Positions 1 to 9,426 of a stretch of DNA of 64,000 nucleotides are shown here, one piece after another. This stretch comes from Patescibacteria group bacterium (GTDB lineage: Bacteria > Patescibacteriota > Microgenomatia > UBA1400 > PJMF01), in contig BOKX01000001.1 in NCBI GenBank assembly GCA_016861205.1, positions 698,801 to 762,800 of the forward strand. The letters are read 5' to 3'. A program made the position numbers and the translations under genes. The notes under the pieces are model-generated. The model saw only the letters and a program-made list of their open reading frames with translations. It had not been told where the DNA came from and ran no database searches. The first letter of the stretch is position 1. Every line of letters begins with the position of its first letter.

Positions 1-5
1 TCGCC

Positions 6-1052
6 TTGGTCAAGTTGGTCAAAGGTCAGCCCACCTACCTGCTGGTGGCGTTGGGCTATCTCACCTTGTTTATGACCGCCTTCTTCTCGAATATTCCAAC
101 AATTTTGATCCTGGCACCTGTCGTGTTAGTTTTGATTCGTGAGTTGAAACTACCGGCCCTGCCCTTTTTGTTCATTATCGTGACAATGGCCAATATTGGC
201 GGGGCGATGACGCCTATCTCCGATCCCACCACCTACTACCAAGCTAAAACTGTGGGGTTGTCGTTTGGCGAAGTCGTCCAAAACTCCGGACTGATCGTGT
301 TGATCTTGAGTGTCATCAGTACTGCGTATGCTCTCCTCGTTTTCCGCAAAGACTTACGCGCCACCAAAGTTAAGGCCAAAGACATCGCCCTGTTTGACCC
401 GCGCAAGGCCATCCAGGATCGCTACATTCTTAAGATCGGACTACCAATCGCAATTCTCAGTATTGTACTTATGGTGCTCAAAGAGCAAATCGCTCACTTG
501 ACCGGAGTCACGCTCGACAATGCCACCATAACCATCGGGGCATCGTTCGCCGCCATTCTGATCTTTCACAAGGAGCCACGGAGTATTTTTCGCAACCTAA
601 TCGACTGGGAAATTATTTTCTTCTTCATCGGCTTGTTCGTGGTAGTTGGCGCCTTGGAGTTTACGAGTGTTATCACCAGTTTGGCTGAGTGGCTGGTCAG
701 CCTGACTCAAGGCCGGATCGAGTGGCTACTTTTCTTAATCGCGATGGGCTCAGGTGCCTTGTCTACCTTTATCGATAACGTGCCTTACAACATCACCATG
801 GTCAGTGCCATTCAAGCTATGGAGCGCAGTGGCTTGTGGGTGTATCCGTTGTGGTGGGCTCTAAACCTGGGCACCTCGATCGGTGGTGCCGGCTCACCGA
901 TTGCTGCTGCCTGCAACGTGATTGCGTTTGGCCAAGCCGAAAAGGAAAAGATTCACGTCAATTTTATGAAATATCTGGCTGTCGCATTTCCGCTGGTTAT
1001 GATCAACTCGCTCGTCACTTTTGCTGTGTTGTGGTTGCGGTATTTGCGGTAA
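6..1052 (+). CDS. ArsB/NhaD/SLC13-family ion transporter permease (probably begins before the window)
   Basis: Multi-TM protein with FFSNIPT, ANIGGAMTPISDP, FIDNVPY and LGTSIGGAGSPIAAACN motifs. Confidence 0.85.
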   Translation: MVKLVKGQPTYLLVALGYLTLFMTAFFSNIPTILILAPVVLVLIRELKLPALPFLFIIVTMANIGGAMTPISDPTTYYQAKTVGLSFGEVVQNSGLIVLILSVISTAYALLVFRKDLRATKVKAKDIALFDPRKAIQDRYILKIGLPIAILSIVLMVLKEQIAHLTGVTLDNATITIGASFAAILIFHKEPRSIFRNLIDWEIIFFFIGLFVVVGALEFTSVITSLAEWLVSLTQGRIEWLLFLIAMGSGALSTFIDNVPYNITMVSAIQAMERSGLWVYPLWWALNLGTSIGGAGSPIAAACNVIAFGQAEKEKIHVNFMKYLAVAFPLVMINSLVTFAVLWLRYLR

Positions 1053-1091
1053 TGTTGGCTAGAAAAAATCTCAAGATACAGTGTGGAAATG

Positions 1092-1178
1092 TGGCGGAGA
1101 GTACAGGATTCGAACCTGTGAGGGCTTGCGCCCACTGGTTTTCAAGACCAGCGCCATAAACCACTCGGCCAACTCTCC
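1092..1178 (-). tRNA. tRNA-Ser(TGA)
   Basis: Cloverleaf GGAGAGT/ACTCTCC, anticodon arm CTGGT-CTTGAAA-ACCAG, long variable arm, GGTTCGAATCC, encoded CCA. Confidence 0.96.
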
Positions 1179-1249
1179 AGATAAAACCAGGTGTAATTGT
1201 ACCATGCAGTTGGGTTTACGACCTCCCCCGAATGAGGTACACTGATAGC

Positions 1250-2125
1250 ATGACTTCCGGCCCCATTAGTGGTCAAGCGTACATTGAACAGCTCCGGGCT
1301 CGTCGGCTGGCTAGTCGCGGGCCGGCTCCTGCGGCTGCCACTACTGACCCTGTTCAACCTACCCTCACCTCGCCACCTCAGCCAACGGTAGACCCAGTGG
1401 CTGCGGTTTCACCGGCTCAAGTTGCACCTTCTCCAGAGCCAACACCAGTTGCTTCCACGGCTGTCCCGGCTCCAGAACCGGCCAACATGGACCCCGTGAC
1501 TGCTCAACTCGAGGCTATGCAAGCTGCTGGTTATGACTATCAAGGTCAGGCGGTTGATCAAAGTTATGACCCCAGCCAAGATCCTAGCGTGTATGTTCAG
1601 CCAGGTAATGATCAACTCTTCCCTGGCTATGACCGGCCACTTCCGGAAGAAACTGTTTTTGAGTGGATGGCGCCGAGTCGCCCCTTCAAAAAACGGAGTC
1701 GCCAGTACTTTAGTACTGTCGCAATTATCTCCATTTTAGTGTCGATGATCCTGTTCTTTGCTGGCCAAATGCTCCCCATCGCAGTGGTCATTTCAGTTGC
1801 CTTTTTAGCTTACGTCTTGGCAGTGGTCCCACCAGATACCATTCGTCTCAGGATTACTACCTACGGTATCCGGAGCGACAATCAAATCTTTTACTGGGAT
1901 GAACTTGGGCGCTTTTGGTTTAGTGAAAAGTTTGGTCAAAAATTGGTCAATATTGAGGTGAATCGGTTCCCATTTCGCTTAGGACTCTTGCTCAACGATC
2001 AACCAGAGGAAACTTTGCGAGAAATTTTGTCGGAAGTTTTACTCGAAGAAAAGCCGCCAGCGACAGGTTTTGACCGAGCTGCCGAGTGGTTGCAACACAA
2101 AATTCCACTCGAATTTGACCATTAA
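1250..2125 (+). CDS. Hypothetical membrane protein, Pro/Ala/Gln-rich N-terminus, 2 TM and a C-terminal PH-like domain
   Basis: ORF; ATG 1250 lies 6 nt after TACACT; FEWMAPSRPFKKR...GIRSDNQIFYWDEL pattern. Confidence 0.7.
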   Translation: MTSGPISGQAYIEQLRARRLASRGPAPAAATTDPVQPTLTSPPQPTVDPVAAVSPAQVAPSPEPTPVASTAVPAPEPANMDPVTAQLEAMQAAGYDYQGQAVDQSYDPSQDPSVYVQPGNDQLFPGYDRPLPEETVFEWMAPSRPFKKRSRQYFSTVAIISILVSMILFFAGQMLPIAVVISVAFLAYVLAVVPPDTIRLRITTYGIRSDNQIFYWDELGRFWFSEKFGQKLVNIEVNRFPFRLGLLLNDQPEETLREILSEVLLEEKPPATGFDRAAEWLQHKIPLEFDH

Positions 2126-2203
2126 TAACAAGAAAGTTGCTAAAAGCAGTTTGACTGATCCGCCTTTACATCTGGGGGTCTGCCTTTTACAATACCACTA
2201 CTT

Positions 2204-2280
2204 GCACTCGTAGCTCAGTTGGATAGAGCATCAGTTTGCGGAACTGAGGGTCGTGCGTTCGAATCGCGCCGAGTGCACCA
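2204..2280 (+). tRNA. tRNA-Arg(GCG)
   Basis: GCACTCG/CGAGTGC acceptor, anticodon arm TCAGT-TTGCGGA-ACTGA, GTTCGAATC, CCA. Confidence 0.96.
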
Positions 2281-2735
2281 TGAACAGCGAAGTTGCGGCG
2301 GCCTTCGGTACGCTCTACCAGAAACTTTTTGATCAGCGATTTTCGACCGAACCGCTCACTGAAGTGGCCGCCCAAGAAGTTCAAGCCGCTATAAAAAACC
2401 TGATTCAGACAGCCGGTTCAGATTTTAACTTCTTATCCTCACTCGTTAATGAACTCCAGACCAGTGACAAAGGCTCTGGCTTTGACAAACTACTCAAGAC
2501 ACTCCGAGGTGAAAGAATCGCTTCTGGTCCAACCTACGAAGGCTTAGCTTTATTAGCAATTGTGGAAGCTCTGAGTGAAACACCCAACTACCAAGCCATG
2601 GCAAACAAAGCTATAACCGAGTGGTTTGCGTACTTCAAACGTGCCTACAGCTGGGACCAAACATCGGCTAAAACAAAAGCCCAACCACTAATACCTCATT
2701 TGCCTCGAGTTAAAGCTTTGTTCGACGGTACATAA
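2280..2735 (+). CDS. Hypothetical protein
   Basis: 151-aa ORF whose ATG shares the last A of the tRNA CCA; no recognisable motif. Confidence 0.6.
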   Translation: MNSEVAAAFGTLYQKLFDQRFSTEPLTEVAAQEVQAAIKNLIQTAGSDFNFLSSLVNELQTSDKGSGFDKLLKTLRGERIASGPTYEGLALLAIVEALSETPNYQAMANKAITEWFAYFKRAYSWDQTSAKTKAQPLIPHLPRVKALFDGT

Positions 2736-2737
2736 CC

Positions 2738-4879
2738 TTACATTTTAGGTGGATCAAACACATCGAGTATCTTGCCAAAGGCAGTAGTAAGTCGTGACTC
2801 AAACTCTGCTGGTTGTTTGGCGTGACTCTTCTTTTCGTTACGATAGGTAATCTTCAGCTGACCTTGGTCAACCCAGTCACATCCGTAGGTATCCTCGTGG
2901 GTGTCATCTCGAGCTGAAGTGAAACCATCATTAATGACCCCTTCATGAGAGTAATCATCACCCCGACCAGAGATCGGCATCGAGATGGTGGTGGTATTGG
3001 TCACCAGTCTGGCTCGGAACTTGTCAAAGTACTTACCCAACTTTTCAACCAAGAATCGTTTGTTGGGATTGATGAGACCACCTGAGCACACCGCCAAAAC
3101 TTGCGGAATCCCTCGACTTTTCCGACACTCGTCGCGCCGCTCAGACATGGCTTGCAGACATACCTTCAAAACGCGCTCCTCACGCGGCGTAAGTCCTCGG
3201 CCATCCTCCCGCGTCAAAGCCCGAATTAAGAACTTAGGCATGGTCACAATGGCTGGACTCAGGCCATGATGACGCAGCTCTGCTTCGACAAAATGGGCAT
3301 CTTGATGATTACCGGCGGCCATAATAGCCAAGGTGAGGAAGTTGTGCAGGGTTCGTTGGTCAAGTTTCTTTTCGTGCTGGGGCACGTCGACCGCCGACTC
3401 AACTTTGGCTTGCTGGTGGATTTTGTTGATTCGCTTCTGGTCAATCGGTACAGTGACCTCCATCACGTCCGCCTCCGCGTTGGTGAGTTCCCGGGTATCC
3501 AAACCATTGTTCAGCGGATCAATAGTATTGAAGTCCTGTTGACGATCGCTGTACTCACTTTTGCGCGCAATAACTCTTTTCAGCGTGTTCGGCAAAATGT
3601 GGTTCAACATTTTCCTGACCACTGCTCCATCGTGATGAATGTGCGAAGCTTTGGTGCTGATGGTTTTAACTGCGTATTCACTGCCGGTTTTGACTAAACC
3701 TAGCCGATAGGTCAACGGAATACTCGGACCATAGGTCAAACTGGTGTAAGCGTGTTGGGTCCAGTTCAAACTAGTCCGAGTAGGATCGGTCAGAACGAAC
3801 ACTAGATCAGCGGCGGTCGGATCGCTCAAGTCTTCCCGTGGCGAAGGTCCATTCGGATTTTGGGGAGAAGGTTGGTATACGTCTTGGGTAGTAACTTTAC
3901 CACGAAAAGCTTTCTCTTGCTTACCAGTCGTATCAAAGTCATGCCAAACTGCACGTTGCTCTACTGGACCACGATGCAGCTGGTTGATAAGCGACTCATA
4001 CACTCGGCTGGCGTCGTTATCTTTCAGCAACTCAGCTGCAATCTTGAGCTTACAAAACTGACCGTTTGCATGAATGATGATGTAGTATTCCGGTCTTTCC
4101 GGCAGCGCCACCTGAGTCACCCCCATTTCGGGATGATCGGTGTACATCGCCTGGTGACGAGCTCCATACAAGACTTTTAAACTTTGCAGTGCCAACTCGG
4201 CCACAACGTAGTATGGATTAACGTTTCGGAGCTTTTCGGTGGTAATTGTGTCACCAGGTTCGCCTTCGCGGCTACTTTCCTGGATGCGATGAGCTTGAAC
4301 AAAACTTGACGCATCACTGTTTATCTTTTGGTTGAGGACTTCTTTTTGAACTAAAATTTCTTGGCTCTCACCCGTCGCCGGATCGGTCACAGACTCCATG
4401 ACCGGTTTGGTTTCTGCCTGCCACATCTTAGGCACGTCCGGTGCAAAGTGTTCTTGGAGGTGTGCTTTACTCCAGCTCACTAAAAAACTACTAGAACTCA
4501 GGCGACTCAACTCCTGAATCCGCACACGAGATAAGGCATTCACGACCGGATACTTGCTCAACCCCCGCAGTCTCTCCTGAAAGGTCAGGTGCCGCAGTGC
4601 GTTCTGCATCAAAGCTAGGTTGCTTTCTTGATTTTGGGCTTCCACAAACTCGGGGGGCAGTCGGTACTTATCGTGGTTTGAACTAAGACCAACAGCTTCG
4701 GCCAACCGTCGATAGTCACCTGAAGTTTGCCTGAGTTTGGTTTCTTTTTGTTCGGCGGGAGTCTCGGCCAATTTAGCAGCTGCTTTGGCAGCCCACTGCT
4801 GCAGCTCAGCTTCGATTACATGCGCTGGTTTAGTAACATCGCCACTGGAACTAGCAGCCACCACAGAAGTTTCGGGCAT
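2738..4879 (-). CDS. Large hypothetical protein, possible divergent choline/carnitine O-acyltransferase fold
   Basis: 713-aa ORF; HxxxDG motif (SHIHHDG) plus YIIIHANGQF and ADLVFVLTD segments in family-like order. Confidence 0.5.
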   Translation of the reverse strand: MPETSVVAASSSGDVTKPAHVIEAELQQWAAKAAAKLAETPAEQKETKLRQTSGDYRRLAEAVGLSSNHDKYRLPPEFVEAQNQESNLALMQNALRHLTFQERLRGLSKYPVVNALSRVRIQELSRLSSSSFLVSWSKAHLQEHFAPDVPKMWQAETKPVMESVTDPATGESQEILVQKEVLNQKINSDASSFVQAHRIQESSREGEPGDTITTEKLRNVNPYYVVAELALQSLKVLYGARHQAMYTDHPEMGVTQVALPERPEYYIIIHANGQFCKLKIAAELLKDNDASRVYESLINQLHRGPVEQRAVWHDFDTTGKQEKAFRGKVTTQDVYQPSPQNPNGPSPREDLSDPTAADLVFVLTDPTRTSLNWTQHAYTSLTYGPSIPLTYRLGLVKTGSEYAVKTISTKASHIHHDGAVVRKMLNHILPNTLKRVIARKSEYSDRQQDFNTIDPLNNGLDTRELTNAEADVMEVTVPIDQKRINKIHQQAKVESAVDVPQHEKKLDQRTLHNFLTLAIMAAGNHQDAHFVEAELRHHGLSPAIVTMPKFLIRALTREDGRGLTPREERVLKVCLQAMSERRDECRKSRGIPQVLAVCSGGLINPNKRFLVEKLGKYFDKFRARLVTNTTTISMPISGRGDDYSHEGVINDGFTSARDDTHEDTYGCDWVDQGQLKITYRNEKKSHAKQPAEFESRLTTAFGKILDVFDPPKM

Positions 4880-4928
4880 AACAACTACTTCAGTTTACAC
4901 TGAAACCGCATCTGGTTCTAGCCAGATT

Positions 4929-6344
4929 CTAGCCGAGGGCGTGGGTGTTCACACCCTTGCTCCAGTCGATCTCAGGGTGAGATGACAACATGGTTTTCAA
5001 CTGAGCTTTGATTTCGTCGTAAATCTCTTGGGTCTTGCCCTCAAACTTAACCGTGATGTACGGACCATTTTGAGAAGCCCGAGTGATAATCATGCGATCT
5101 GGCAAGTCGGCGCGAACCCCATCAATCGTGGTGTACTGGGCTGACGGCCAAAGCTTCTCGAAATCAGCTTTGATGACTGTGTCGATGAACTTGAACTTAA
5201 TGTCATCAGCCAAACCGAACTTGATCTCAGGACTACTGACGTAGACAGATAGCTCAGCAACCGCTTCACTCAATTTCTGGTTTTTGCGCTCCAGGTATGA
5301 GAGTAATCGCAAACTGGCATAGGCTCCGTCATCGTGACCGTAGAAGTTGTCGGTAAAGTAAATGTGACCTGACAACTCACCACCGAAGGGGGCGCCGGTT
5401 TCTTTGACCTTTGCCTTGATGAATGAGTGACCAGTGGTCCACATGACTGGCTTGCCACCAGCCTGCTCGATAGCGTCGGTGACTTGGCGAGAACACAAAG
5501 TGTTGTAGACAATCGACGCTCCTGGAATGAAGTCCAGCACATCTTTGGAAAAGATAGCGACGATAGTGTCCATCCAGAGGGTGCGACCATTTTCATCGAC
5601 TACAGCCATTCGGTCACCATCGGTGTCGTAGGCAAAGCCGAGATCTGCTCCAGCTTTTTTGACGCCTTCACCCAAGCGCTCAAGCACCTCAACTTCGGTT
5701 GGATCTGGGACGCCCAGAGGAAAGTTGCCATCCAGAGTTGTGTTCTGCTCGATGACTTCACAGCCCGCGGCTCGGAAGATGTCAGGATAGAACATACCTG
5801 AAGTCGTGTTACAGGCGTCGATGACGATTTTCCATTTCTTCTTGAGACTAAAGTGCTTGAGCAAGTGTTTTTTGTACTCTGGGAAAACGTCCACTTTTTG
5901 GTTCGTACCGTGGCCTTCGACAAATTTTTGACTGTCGACAATACTCTTGAAGTATTGAATGTCCTCGGTAACCATGGTTTCTGAGTAGCCAGTCCCCAAC
6001 TTCAGACCATTGAACTCTTTGGGGTTGTGCGAAGCTGAGATCATGGCACTGCCCTTGGTCTTGAATTCATAGGCCGAGTAGTACACGATCTGACTCAGTG
6101 ACAGCCCGAGGTCGTAGGTGTTGATGCCACCCTCGTTGAGACCTTGAATGAAGGCCGCAGCAAAAGCTGGACTGGTCAGCCGGTTGTCCTGACCCACGGC
6201 GGCTTCACTAATGCGGCGCTGACTCAGATAAGTTGCGTACGCGCGACCTAAGGTGTACATCACGTCTTCGTTGAGCTCTTCACCCGCTAAGCCGCGAATG
6301 TCATAACCTCGGAAAATGACTGGTTTAACACTAACAATCTGCAT
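4929..6344 (-). CDS. Phosphomannomutase/phosphoglucomutase
   Basis: FRGYDIRG, SASHNP, DTDGDR, GELSGH motifs; SD AAGGAGG before ATG 6344. Confidence 0.95.
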   Translation of the reverse strand: MQIVSVKPVIFRGYDIRGLAGEELNEDVMYTLGRAYATYLSQRRISEAAVGQDNRLTSPAFAAAFIQGLNEGGINTYDLGLSLSQIVYYSAYEFKTKGSAMISASHNPKEFNGLKLGTGYSETMVTEDIQYFKSIVDSQKFVEGHGTNQKVDVFPEYKKHLLKHFSLKKKWKIVIDACNTTSGMFYPDIFRAAGCEVIEQNTTLDGNFPLGVPDPTEVEVLERLGEGVKKAGADLGFAYDTDGDRMAVVDENGRTLWMDTIVAIFSKDVLDFIPGASIVYNTLCSRQVTDAIEQAGGKPVMWTTGHSFIKAKVKETGAPFGGELSGHIYFTDNFYGHDDGAYASLRLLSYLERKNQKLSEAVAELSVYVSSPEIKFGLADDIKFKFIDTVIKADFEKLWPSAQYTTIDGVRADLPDRMIITRASQNGPYITVKFEGKTQEIYDEIKAQLKTMLSSHPEIDWSKGVNTHALG

Positions 6345-6462
6345 GAGCCTCCTTGCCCTGCCGCCATTTGGCAGCATGTCCCGCCGGTAGCGGGCCTTTG
6401 TGGTTGGTTCACTGTTGATATCGACCCTGAGCCATAGCTGTTAAGGGATGAAAACTATCATA
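6345..6462 (-). promoter_or_regulatory. -10 box and ~105-nt structured 5' leader of the phosphohexomutase gene
   Basis: TATGAT at 6462-6457, then several GC-rich hairpins ending at the SD. Confidence 0.4.
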
Positions 6463-6531
6463 CCGGATCAGCATACTTTGACAAGGTGGGCTTACCAGAT
6501 CACACCTCGTAAGCTACAATATAGCTATTGA

Positions 6532-6550
6532 GCCCCGCCGGAGGCGGGGC
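6532..6550. repeat. GC-rich palindrome CCCCGCCGGAGGCGGGG, copy 1
   Basis: 8-bp perfect stem with GGA loop; identical 17-mer at 37024-37040. Confidence 0.8.
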
Positions 6551-6558
6551 GATCGCGT

Positions 6559-6648
6559 GGAGAGGTGCCGGAGTGGCTGAACGGCCAGGTCTCGAAAACC
6601 TTGGGAGTCGTAAGACTCACGCGGGTTCGAATCCCGCCTTCTCCGCCA
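6559..6648 (+). tRNA. tRNA-Ser(CGA)
   Basis: GGAGAGG/CTTCTCC acceptor, anticodon loop CTCGAAA, long variable arm, GGTTCGAATCC, CCA. Confidence 0.95.
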
Positions 6649-6650
6649 AG

Positions 6651-7373
6651 ATGAAATTACTCAAGTCAACACTTGCATTTGTAAGTCCTGTCGCTGATAT
6701 ACTCGGGATACTGGGCTTCTTTGGCCTTAGCATTAAAAACTTTAATCTTGTCGATAATGCCTGGTATGTTTATTTGATTTTAATGTTTTCGTTAATTATT
6801 TTTTGGCGATTAATTCTAAAAAATTTGAAAGAAATACGCCAAATATATGTAAACACAAAGATTGATATTGAGTTTGAAAAAATATCATCACAAGCTAATA
6901 TAAAAAAAATTCAGAAATCTTTGCCGTCAACTGAAGCACTTCACTTTTTGTATGAAAGGGCGTTGACAAAAATTCACAATTGGGCAGACGATGCCCTAGT
7001 CTTTGACTTTGCTCTTTATCTCGACTACGCAGACTCTTCGTGGACAAAACCACAAATACAAGTTATGGCTTACTCTAATTGGAAAAAAGAAGAAGGTTGG
7101 TTCTATGAAGGATCTTTTTCCTCAGAAGATTTTTATGAGGTGGAAAAGAATCATCATGAGGCACTTGCCAAAAGTGACTTATTTTTTAAAGTAAACAAGA
7201 GTTGGCAACAAATAGTAAAAAAGGCATTCGATGCAGTGAATAACAAATTAACAAACGAATGCAAAATTAGAATTGACAAAGATTCAATCTGGATTTCGTT
7301 TCATGAAGGCAAAGTCAAAAAAACCAAAATGTTTACAGTAAAAAACAACTTTACAGAACTAATTCCACGGTGA
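6651..7373 (+). CDS. AT-rich hypothetical protein with two N-terminal TM helices
   Basis: ORF from ATG 2 nt after the tRNA CCA; the longer ORF-track start runs through the tRNA and is rejected. Confidence 0.7.
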   Translation: MKLLKSTLAFVSPVADILGILGFFGLSIKNFNLVDNAWYVYLILMFSLIIFWRLILKNLKEIRQIYVNTKIDIEFEKISSQANIKKIQKSLPSTEALHFLYERALTKIHNWADDALVFDFALYLDYADSSWTKPQIQVMAYSNWKKEEGWFYEGSFSSEDFYEVEKNHHEALAKSDLFFKVNKSWQQIVKKAFDAVNNKLTNECKIRIDKDSIWISFHEGKVKKTKMFTVKNNFTELIPR

Positions 7374-7709
7374 CTTCCTGTTAACTTCGTTTTTATCTTC
7401 TCGCCAACTCGCCCAGTACAACCCACCAAGCACTACTAGTGGTCCGGAAATAGTCAGGTACCAACTGATCGGTCGATCAAAACCAACTAGGATAACATAC
7501 AGCGCGGCCAACACCGGATACACCACTGCCCCCACCCAGGCCCACCGCCACGCTACCATCGCCACACCCAGCAACACTAGAGCTGGCAACAAGTGGATCA
7601 GGAGTGGCAGTACCACTGTCAGACCTTGGTTCTCGCTGAATACATCCGACGCGAACAGCGCCAGAAAAGCCGTAGTTAACAAACTTAAAACCCGGGGACA
7701 CCAATACAA
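7359..7709 (-). CDS. Small 4-TM membrane protein
   Basis: YWxPRVL...FLALFASDVF...LIHLLP pattern; true start probably GTG near 7737 via a 1-bp indel. Confidence 0.7.
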   Translation of the reverse strand: MYWCPRVLSLLTTAFLALFASDVFSENQGLTVVLPLLIHLLPALVLLGVAMVAWRWAWVGAVVYPVLAALYVILVGFDRPISWYLTISGPLVVLGGLYWASWREDKNEVNRKSPWN

Positions 7710-7815
7710 AAAGCTCGTTTTCGTACTTCTATTTCACCACCAACTGCCGTCCCAGTCAACTTGGCATAAACCTGGTATAATCTGGCTGACACGCGTTACC
7801 AGATGGGAGCTAAAC

Positions 7816-8634
7816 ATGAACAACGCCGAATACGGATCAAAAGTAATGGGGACCAGCCAGTTTGAGACTCAAAAGCCCCCCGCTCCTGAGCAGACCGCCA
7901 CTCCAGTCGCAACCGCAGTCGCTGAAGCTCAGCCCGCTCAACCATCTCGCATTCCACCTGAAAAAATGACCCGCTTGCAAGAGATCTACAAAGGTCTCAC
8001 TTTTGAACCCGATGATGCTCGCGTCACAGCTGTTGGCGACCTACTCAACCCAGCTGATCGACCATTGATCGTTCGTTCTGAAGATGTCAAAGGGCCGTAT
8101 CTCGAAGAAAAATATCACCTGCCGGTAGGTTTGTCGGGAGATTTCCGGTTTCTGTTTGAAGCTAAGCGGTTACTGAATCCTGACGCCAGTGATCCAAATG
8201 CTGACGTCAGCACACTTGAAGAGGTCGGCGCCAATGTAGAGGGTGACCCAGCAATGCTCAGGCAAGTTCAAGACCTTTTGGAGTCAAACCCCGCAGTTGA
8301 TCCTTCTATTTCTGTCATAAATTATGGCGGTAGTTTGCTCATCAACTTCAAACTGCCTGATAAACTCAGAGCTGTTGGCCCCAACTCTGCACAGCTCGCA
8401 CACCTGAGCGCTGAAGTAGCTGTGCAACTGGCACTGCGATTCCAGTCCCGCGGACATGCGGTTGGCGAGCCCCAACAGCAGGCAGCTTGGTTTGTCGACG
8501 CCATCTCGAGCACTGCTCAACACTACCTCAAACAAGCTTTTGACGATCTCATCGCTGAAACTGAACCAGCTCGGCAAGCCTACTACCAGCGGCTCAGAGA
8601 CAAAAAGGCTGCCGAATCTGGTAACCAGAGTTAA
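7816..8634 (+). CDS. Hypothetical protein
   Basis: 272-aa ORF with GGGAG SD and upstream TATAAT. Confidence 0.7.
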   Translation: MNNAEYGSKVMGTSQFETQKPPAPEQTATPVATAVAEAQPAQPSRIPPEKMTRLQEIYKGLTFEPDDARVTAVGDLLNPADRPLIVRSEDVKGPYLEEKYHLPVGLSGDFRFLFEAKRLLNPDASDPNADVSTLEEVGANVEGDPAMLRQVQDLLESNPAVDPSISVINYGGSLLINFKLPDKLRAVGPNSAQLAHLSAEVAVQLALRFQSRGHAVGEPQQQAAWFVDAISSTAQHYLKQAFDDLIAETEPARQAYYQRLRDKKAAESGNQS

Positions 8635-8729
8635 GTGGCTGACTGCTCGCCACATCAAGTGCACCATAGCTCTACCAGAGCATATTTCGTGTTACTATAA
8701 GGTCGTTCCCAAAAATCAAGTAAACCGTT

Positions 8730-9401
8730 ATGACCAACAACCACCCCACCTCCCAACTCAAACGTTTGCAACTAGCGGCGCTGGAGTTTCGTGATGAACG
8801 CAACTGGGCCCAATGGCACCACCCCAAAGCCCTCGGCATTGGTCTGTTTGTGGAAGCCGGTGAGTTGGCTGAGCACTTTCAATACCACCGCGACCACGAA
8901 CTGTCTGATCAGTTGCAAGCCAATTTAGCGGGTGTGACCGAAGAACTTTGTGACGTCCTGTATTGGCTGTGCATTATTTCCCATGAAGCTGGCATCGACT
9001 TGGAGCAAGCCTTTCTCCACAAGATGCGTAAGAATCGCAAACCAAACGAGTCCAAAGGTTACATTTCAGTCGACATGGATGTTCCGTCCACATTAGAGTC
9101 TTTGGCTGAAATGACTGAACTCGTCCAGGAGCTACGCAACAAGCGTGGCTGGCACAATCAGCTCGATCCACGCGACTTGTTGTACAAACTGATTGAAGAA
9201 ATTGGTGAAGTGGCTGAACACTTTCAGTGGGCACATGATGAGGAGTTAACTGCTCACCTTCTCGAGCATCAAGAGGATTTAGCAGATGAATTAGCCGACT
9301 GCTTAATTTGCGTTTTGTTGATGGTGCATACCTTACAGGTTCAGCTCGAGCCAGCGTTTATGGACAAACTGGCCAAAAATCGGCTGAAATACCCTGTTTA
9401 A
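8730..9401 (+). CDS. Tandem-domain MazG-like nucleotide pyrophosphohydrolase
   Basis: Two repeats of R..RxW...P..L...L..E.GE.AEHFQ...E(D)EL.D. Confidence 0.85.
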   Translation: MTNNHPTSQLKRLQLAALEFRDERNWAQWHHPKALGIGLFVEAGELAEHFQYHRDHELSDQLQANLAGVTEELCDVLYWLCIISHEAGIDLEQAFLHKMRKNRKPNESKGYISVDMDVPSTLESLAEMTELVQELRNKRGWHNQLDPRDLLYKLIEEIGEVAEHFQWAHDEELTAHLLEHQEDLADELADCLICVLLMVHTLQVQLEPAFMDKLAKNRLKYPV

Positions 9402-9426
9402 AGCTGCCTATTTGCTACAATTAACT

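Noticed and set aside
6528-6650. N-terminal ORF extensions running through tRNA sequences (also 2253-2279 and 24948-25055)
   Set aside because: They overlap tRNA genes or the attR fragment; downstream ATGs fit better
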